Part shown: piece after piece, positions 58,319 to 64,000 of the stretch
Position numbering within the stretch: the first letter of the stretch is position 1
How the letters are laid out: each line of letters opens with the position of its first letter
Assembly: GCA_012295275.1 (NCBI GenBank)
Contig: CM022674.1
Coordinates: 12,338,001-12,402,000, forward strand
Source: Chrysomallon squamiferum
Taxonomy: Eukaryota > Animalia > Mollusca
Length of the DNA: 64,000 nucleotides
Direction: 5' to 3'
The notes under the pieces: generated by a model
What the model saw: the letters and a program-made list of their open reading frames with translations, nothing else
Databases searched by the model: none
Told to the model about the DNA's origin: nothing
Position numbers and translations under genes: made by a program

Positions 58319-60027
58319 TTTTAGTTGTTCTTTATTTTCATGTGAAAGAAAAATTTAGTTAATAAATATTACAATAAATATTACAATAATAACAATAATA
58401 ATAATAATGATCTTTTTTCTTTTTTTTTTTTTCAAAAGGGTTAGAAAAAAAAAAAAAAAATCTCCACTCCGTGTGTTTGCACCCGTTTTCTTATATGGAC
58501 AGTTCAGCCAGCTGGTTACAAGGTGCAAACAGATCTTTTCAATTTGCTACCTGGTTGTAATCAAACACAGGTAAACAGGACAGGTAACGTTACGCGTGTT
58601 TCTGACCTCTGGACACCAGTCTGGATTCTTCCACGATTCACGCGAATTAGTTTGCTGTTTAACAAGGTTAATTTGTTCTCTTCTGAAACAGTCAGCGAGA
58701 ACTTTTTTGACGAGCGGTTGATTTAATGTTCAGTTCTCTACAGTATCTCCTCTGAGGCTTTTCCCGTTCCAGATACTACTCAACAACTGGTGTATAAAAA
58801 AGTGACTGATGTTCTTTCCGTTTTGTGATTATTTGAATGGTGCATACTGAAACGGAAGAGGATTTTCAGTTTCTTGTCATAACTACAAAATGAAGTGATT
58901 CCTAATTTAACCGGCCTTTACTAGAAAATATAATAATAATAATAAATTAATTAATTAATTAATATAATAAATAAATATACATAAAAATAAATAAATATTT
59001 GTTTATTCATTCATTCTGTCTTGGCTAAAGAATCTTGGAGCATTTATTTATTTGTTTGTTTGTTTGTTCACTGCCCACCGAATAATTTATTATTATGTTC
59101 TTGTACTGGTCTTCTCGCTATATGACTAAAATCGTTTTAAACGTTACACCTAGAACAACGCTGGCGATCCCCCTTTTCCGAAATCAGGATCCGCCCTAGG
59201 CCCTAATAATTATTGTCTTAAACTGGCTTCGGGTTGCAGTCTCTGGACTTCACTGTAACGAAATCCACTGGCTATCGCCATATTTAACCAAAACACTATT
59301 ATAGAATAATTAGATAGTCTGCAGAAGTGCATTTCGTCCCTTCTACATATTCCAGACTTAATTCAAATATGCTGAAGTTCTTTTAGAATTTCCTCTGCAT
59401 AAAAAAGAAAATGTAGTTTGAAACCTGGATACAACGGATTTATGTATTATTCATTTTGTTTCCGCTTCATGCAAGTAAAAACCAGTTTCCCCTCCCTTTC
59501 TCAAACACTATTACAAGTAAAATAATTTAGCTAACATATTAATATTCAAAAACACTATATTTATTTGTTATTTGAAGTTTTGGTATGCTAATGAAGACAG
59601 CTAACAGAGTTTTTTTCATATTTGTGCATGTCTTATATATATTACTTTTGTAAACAGACATAACCAAAACAATTATGCATCATCACACAAAACTTCCGAT
59701 GGTATTTTTCTATTATTCGGTAAAAAAATAATCTTCGACAACATAAAGTTATAAGAATATATTTAATATTGTCTGGTTTACGCGCCAACGTTCTCGTCTG
59801 CTTGGCGTTGATTGCTACAATATTTTAATCAACAATGACGTCGCAACCACTTTTTTTCAACCTTTTCATTAGAAACGTAACAAGAGGAGACAACCCGACT
59901 GACTTAATGGTATTGATTAATTTTGGAAACGGTTCAAAAAAGGGTTCATATTTTCGGCGGCATCCATAAAATGGTACAACTTTTAAGATGAATTAAACTT
60001 CATTATATGCAACAACAACAACAACAA

Positions 60028-60066
<39 letters not shown>

Positions 60067-61199
60067 TATTGTTATTATTATTATTCAACGACCGTCACTT
60101 TGATGTAGTTGTGGGATGATGATAATGGTGACAACGATGATGATAATGATCGTACAACAGAGGAAACACGTTTTCTCGTCATGATTTGCTGCAGTTAATG
60201 ACTCTTTTTCATGTACCTTCCTACATAAAGTTAAACACATTCAGGAAACTTTGTTATACAGTAGCGCTCTGCCTGGAACTGGAAAGTAACTAAATACGTG
60301 CAACATGAATAACTGGTCCTGGCAAATATCACATCTCCCCCGGTGATCTTTAGGGTACAAAATAGCAGACAGATCCAAAACAGCTTTCTAAATAGCTGGG
60401 AGAGGTGTTGTTGCTTTGGATACTAACTGCATTTGGATAGAAAATAGAGACTACACTGAAGAAAGTTATAAAACATTAGATTTGAAAAAAAAAAAAAAAA
60501 AAAAGAAGAAGAAGAAATAAATGATTATTTTTGGAACGAAAGTATATTCTTTCAGACTTAAAGAACTGGTGAAGGTAGTTAAGATAACTATTTTGTTATT
60601 GTTTGGCCTTGGGTTTCTTTTTATGTGTTTTTTTGGTTTGTTTTTCCTTGCTTCATTGCCTATGGCTTTTTGATTTATCATCATCTTCATCATCATTATC
60701 AATATGATTTTCATCACTATCAACATTATCATGGTATTCATTTTGTGTACATTTGTGTGTATGTAAACAGATAGTAACATCGACTCACTTATCAAAAAAA
60801 AGAAGAGAGAGAGAGGTGGGGGGATAGAAAACTCTGGATTCTGAATTACGACGAAACAGACGTACATCGAAATTACGTGATTGCCAGTTAAGGAAAATCG
60901 AAAATGCATTTCAATCATATTCTACATTTTTGTCTCATAACCTTTATGTAGGAACGTTAGCACATACCAAATTTATAATCTATAAGTTTTTAAAACCAAT
61001 ATATATAAAATTCGTCTGGTCAGCAATTAAATACTAATGTGTCTGTTTCGTTTCCTTGCATATATCTTTAAATAACTAACCCTCATTTCAACTCCAGCTC
61101 TTCACGTTAAGCTAAGTAACAGATTCGCAGATACTGAGTTTATTTTGATGAGCTAATGAATTCTTCCTTTAGCCAGTTTAAAATTCTCAGTTCAGTTTA

Positions 61200-61740
61200 T
61201 TAATCAAAAATCAAAACAGCTTTTTAGAGGTTCCAAAGGTAAAAGTGTGGAATTTACGTTAGTTGCATAACACTTGCTAATAACTATATAGGAGGGGGAG
61301 GGTGTGCGGAAATAAGTTTGAGTAAAACACTGTCGGCGACTATTTGCTATGATCAAATAAGGAAGAGCGCAGGAAATATTTAAGATTTTTTCCAGACAGC
61401 GAAAACGTACGCTGCGTTCGTATAATTTTGTGAAAGGGCAGGTCTCTGCTAAAATCCGGAATGTATTTCTTTCTAACAACTTCGCTCACTTGGTTATGAG
61501 AATATATCACTTTTGTCTGACCTTTTTTTCTATGGAACACCACTCTTTCTTAAGTGTGTTAAGGCAATATCGTGAATTCACCAGCGAACAGTTCAGTGCA
61601 GAGTTATACGCGGTTCCCACGGCAACTTATTAAACTACAAAAATTTAGTTTAGTCTCAGATTATATCCTAGAGGGAATATAATTTGTATTATCAAGAGAA
61701 AGTTAACAAAACATTTATCATATTATTTTGTTTTACCAAG

Positions 61741-61800
<60 letters not shown>

Positions 61801-62300
61801 TCTCACGTGCCTGTCTGTCTGTTTGTCTCTCTCCATTGGATCAGTCCCCTTCCCTGTATGACATCAGCGATTGAAAAAAACGAAAGAGGAAAACGAATTA
61901 AAATAATGCCATGTCGGTGCCACTGGCGCCTTATTACCCAGTTCAGTTCTGCCACAGATTATTTTAGAACTGAGGTGATATAACAAGTATAAGTACACAC
62001 GCGACTGTTTTATGTGTTTGACTCTTCGTTACAGAGAACAAACAAACGAATCTATGCTACTAACCTGAAGTAATAACTGAGGCATGGCGGTAGCGATTTT
62101 CTTTAATGACATTCTTGCTCACGCATAAGTTTTACAACTAACAGCCTTTTAATTGCTGTGTATATGTGCAAATACATCTCTCTATCATTTATTCTTTCTT
62201 TCTTTTGCTGACTTTTCACTCTCTTTCAGTTTTCCTTTTCATGTTTCTCTATTCATATCGTCTCTTCTTTCTCTCTTTTTGCTTCTTTTTTTGTTCCTTT

Positions 62301-62381
<81 letters not shown>

Positions 62382-63660
62382 ACTACATCTTTAATTAAAC
62401 TAAAGGTAACAACCCTCCCTTTCTCGAGAGACTAAATCTTTCTCTGACAGGATATCCCAGTCCAACACGTTCTCCAACCCAATCAGCCACTTATTGTTAA
62501 TAACCCTGCGGTCTGACCACTGCTCTGTTTCAGCACCTGATAATGTTTTCTAAAATAAGTGTAAGAGAACACGTCAACATCGTGATAAAAATACGCTGAA
62601 GACTGGTAGAACAATTATCTAAACTCTTGATCCAAACCGCGGAATTTTGTTCCTCGGAGGCGATGGAGGACGAAAGTGCAAGCTAAATAAAAAGAGATGG
62701 GTTAAAAAAAAAAAAAAAAAAAGAGACAAAAAAATTACGATGAAAAAATCGCAGTATCAGCTCGGCACCATGAACGTACCGTTTCCAAGGAAACAGTTTT
62801 CTCTCGAGTTTACTTCCCAGATTCAAATCGCGCCTAACTTGAGATAATAGTATTAGCACGGATGCAAAAGTGCTTTAAAAACCCTTCATAAACAATAAAA
62901 AAGATATTTATTCGGCTTTTTTTTTTTTTTTTTCTGAGCAGAAGCCGTGTTTTATCAACGTATCGCATTCATCATCTAAAATAGCTTTCCCAGACACGAT
63001 AGAATCGTACGTACAAGATACGGTATTCATTCCGATTTGGGAGGCTGTTCCAACCTGCGCGCACACCCATATAGTATATCAACAAACGAAACTAGTTTAT
63101 ATTTAGAAATACGAATGTCATTCCCCAACAACTGCTACTTGTGAATTAAAGTTCGATGAATAAGCACTTAGATGGAAAACGATCTGACTAATGCTACAAA
63201 AATAAAAATGCGTCGACATTTCCTTCGGAAATAGCTCCGCTTTACGAGGGCGTGCACGCGCCAAACGAAACTAAGATTTCTTAGGATTTTTACAGCAGGT
63301 TTCCCCGTTCTTTTAGCTGGGGAGAGGAGAAAGGGACGAACGAATTTCTGTCTTCTCCTCTCAGTTTGTGGAAGTAAGGCAAATACGTTGGATTTGCAGA
63401 CGACGGAAAGTAAAGCAGATGTGCACTGTGTTTTAAAGCGTGTGTGTGTATTTCTTTGCTGCGCTGAAGCGAGTCGGAGAGATAGGGAGTTTGTGTAAAA
63501 AAAAAAAAAGAGAAGGGACCCACTTGTCAAAGTGACAAGCCTCAAGGGCCATGGCCAGATTTATCATTATGGAGAGAAAAATCGGACTAAGAACTTTGTT
63601 TATTGTTGCAGTTTTGTGTCTGGGGTGGACAATTGCCGACCAGGGTGTAAGTACACTTTA
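61200..63660. promoter_or_regulatory. CpG-richer non-coding region, candidate regulatory DNA
   Basis: Frequent CG dinucleotides and no credible ORF; E2F-like CGCGCCAAA at 63257-63265; several GGAA cores. Confidence 0.3.
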
Positions 63661-64000
63661 TTATTATTGTTGTTGTTATACCCATCCATTTCTTTTCTCA
63701 CCTTCTGTTTAGCTCTGTTACTATCGCCGCCACCCCCTCCAGTTAAATATTGGCAACACGCCTAATAAATATTTTATTATAAATATTATTTATGTTTTAT
63801 TTATTTCGGAACATAATAACCGGTAGGCAGAAAACCTTTTGCACGAATAATGTTAAAAGCTTCAGGTAGACTGTTACTTTAAAAAAAAAAAAAAAAAAAA
63901 ATTGTTAACACGAATAGTATTTATGCAGTTTGGTAAGTAGCGGCACTAAAAAAAAAAAAAAATCACTAAATTAGTTAAATAAAATGACATGTACAATAAA

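Noticed and set aside
58474-58531. Inverted repeat TGTTTGCACC...GGTGCAAACA as a pre-miRNA
   Set aside because: Only 10 bp pair and the inner arms do not.
59160-59200. CCCCTTTTCCGAAATCAGGATCCGCCC resembling a MITE terminus
   Set aside because: No partner inverted repeat or target duplication was found in the window.

Overview
AT-rich, microsatellite-dense animal genomic DNA with spliceosomal introns; an invertebrate, and the repeat motifs suggest a mollusc (inference). Four protein-coding genes can be built by hand. (1) The last coding exon of TMEM185 (+, 171-397). (2) A complete 5-exon SSR3/TRAP-gamma gene (+, 3746-7020, 183 aa) whose last intron is U12-type (minor spliceosome). An internally deleted mariner transposon with intact TIRs and TA duplications lies just downstream (7255-7632). 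(3) A 33-coding-exon gene (+, 16058-47006, about 3015 aa) with a giant low-complexity first coding exon followed by 32 phase-consistent exons of Sfi1-type Trp repeats (SFI1/C1orf167/CCDC191-like). The giant exon has two 1-nt frame breaks, probably assembly errors. One of its acceptors is the last unit of a 29-bp minisatellite made of repeated splice-acceptor/forkhead motifs. (4) A convergent single-coding-exon 933-aa gene (-, 52730-55531) with a possible divergent RFX-type winged-helix domain at the C-terminus. The last 8 kb or so is non-coding and CpG-richer. No tRNA, rRNA, snRNA or CRISPR features were recognised.
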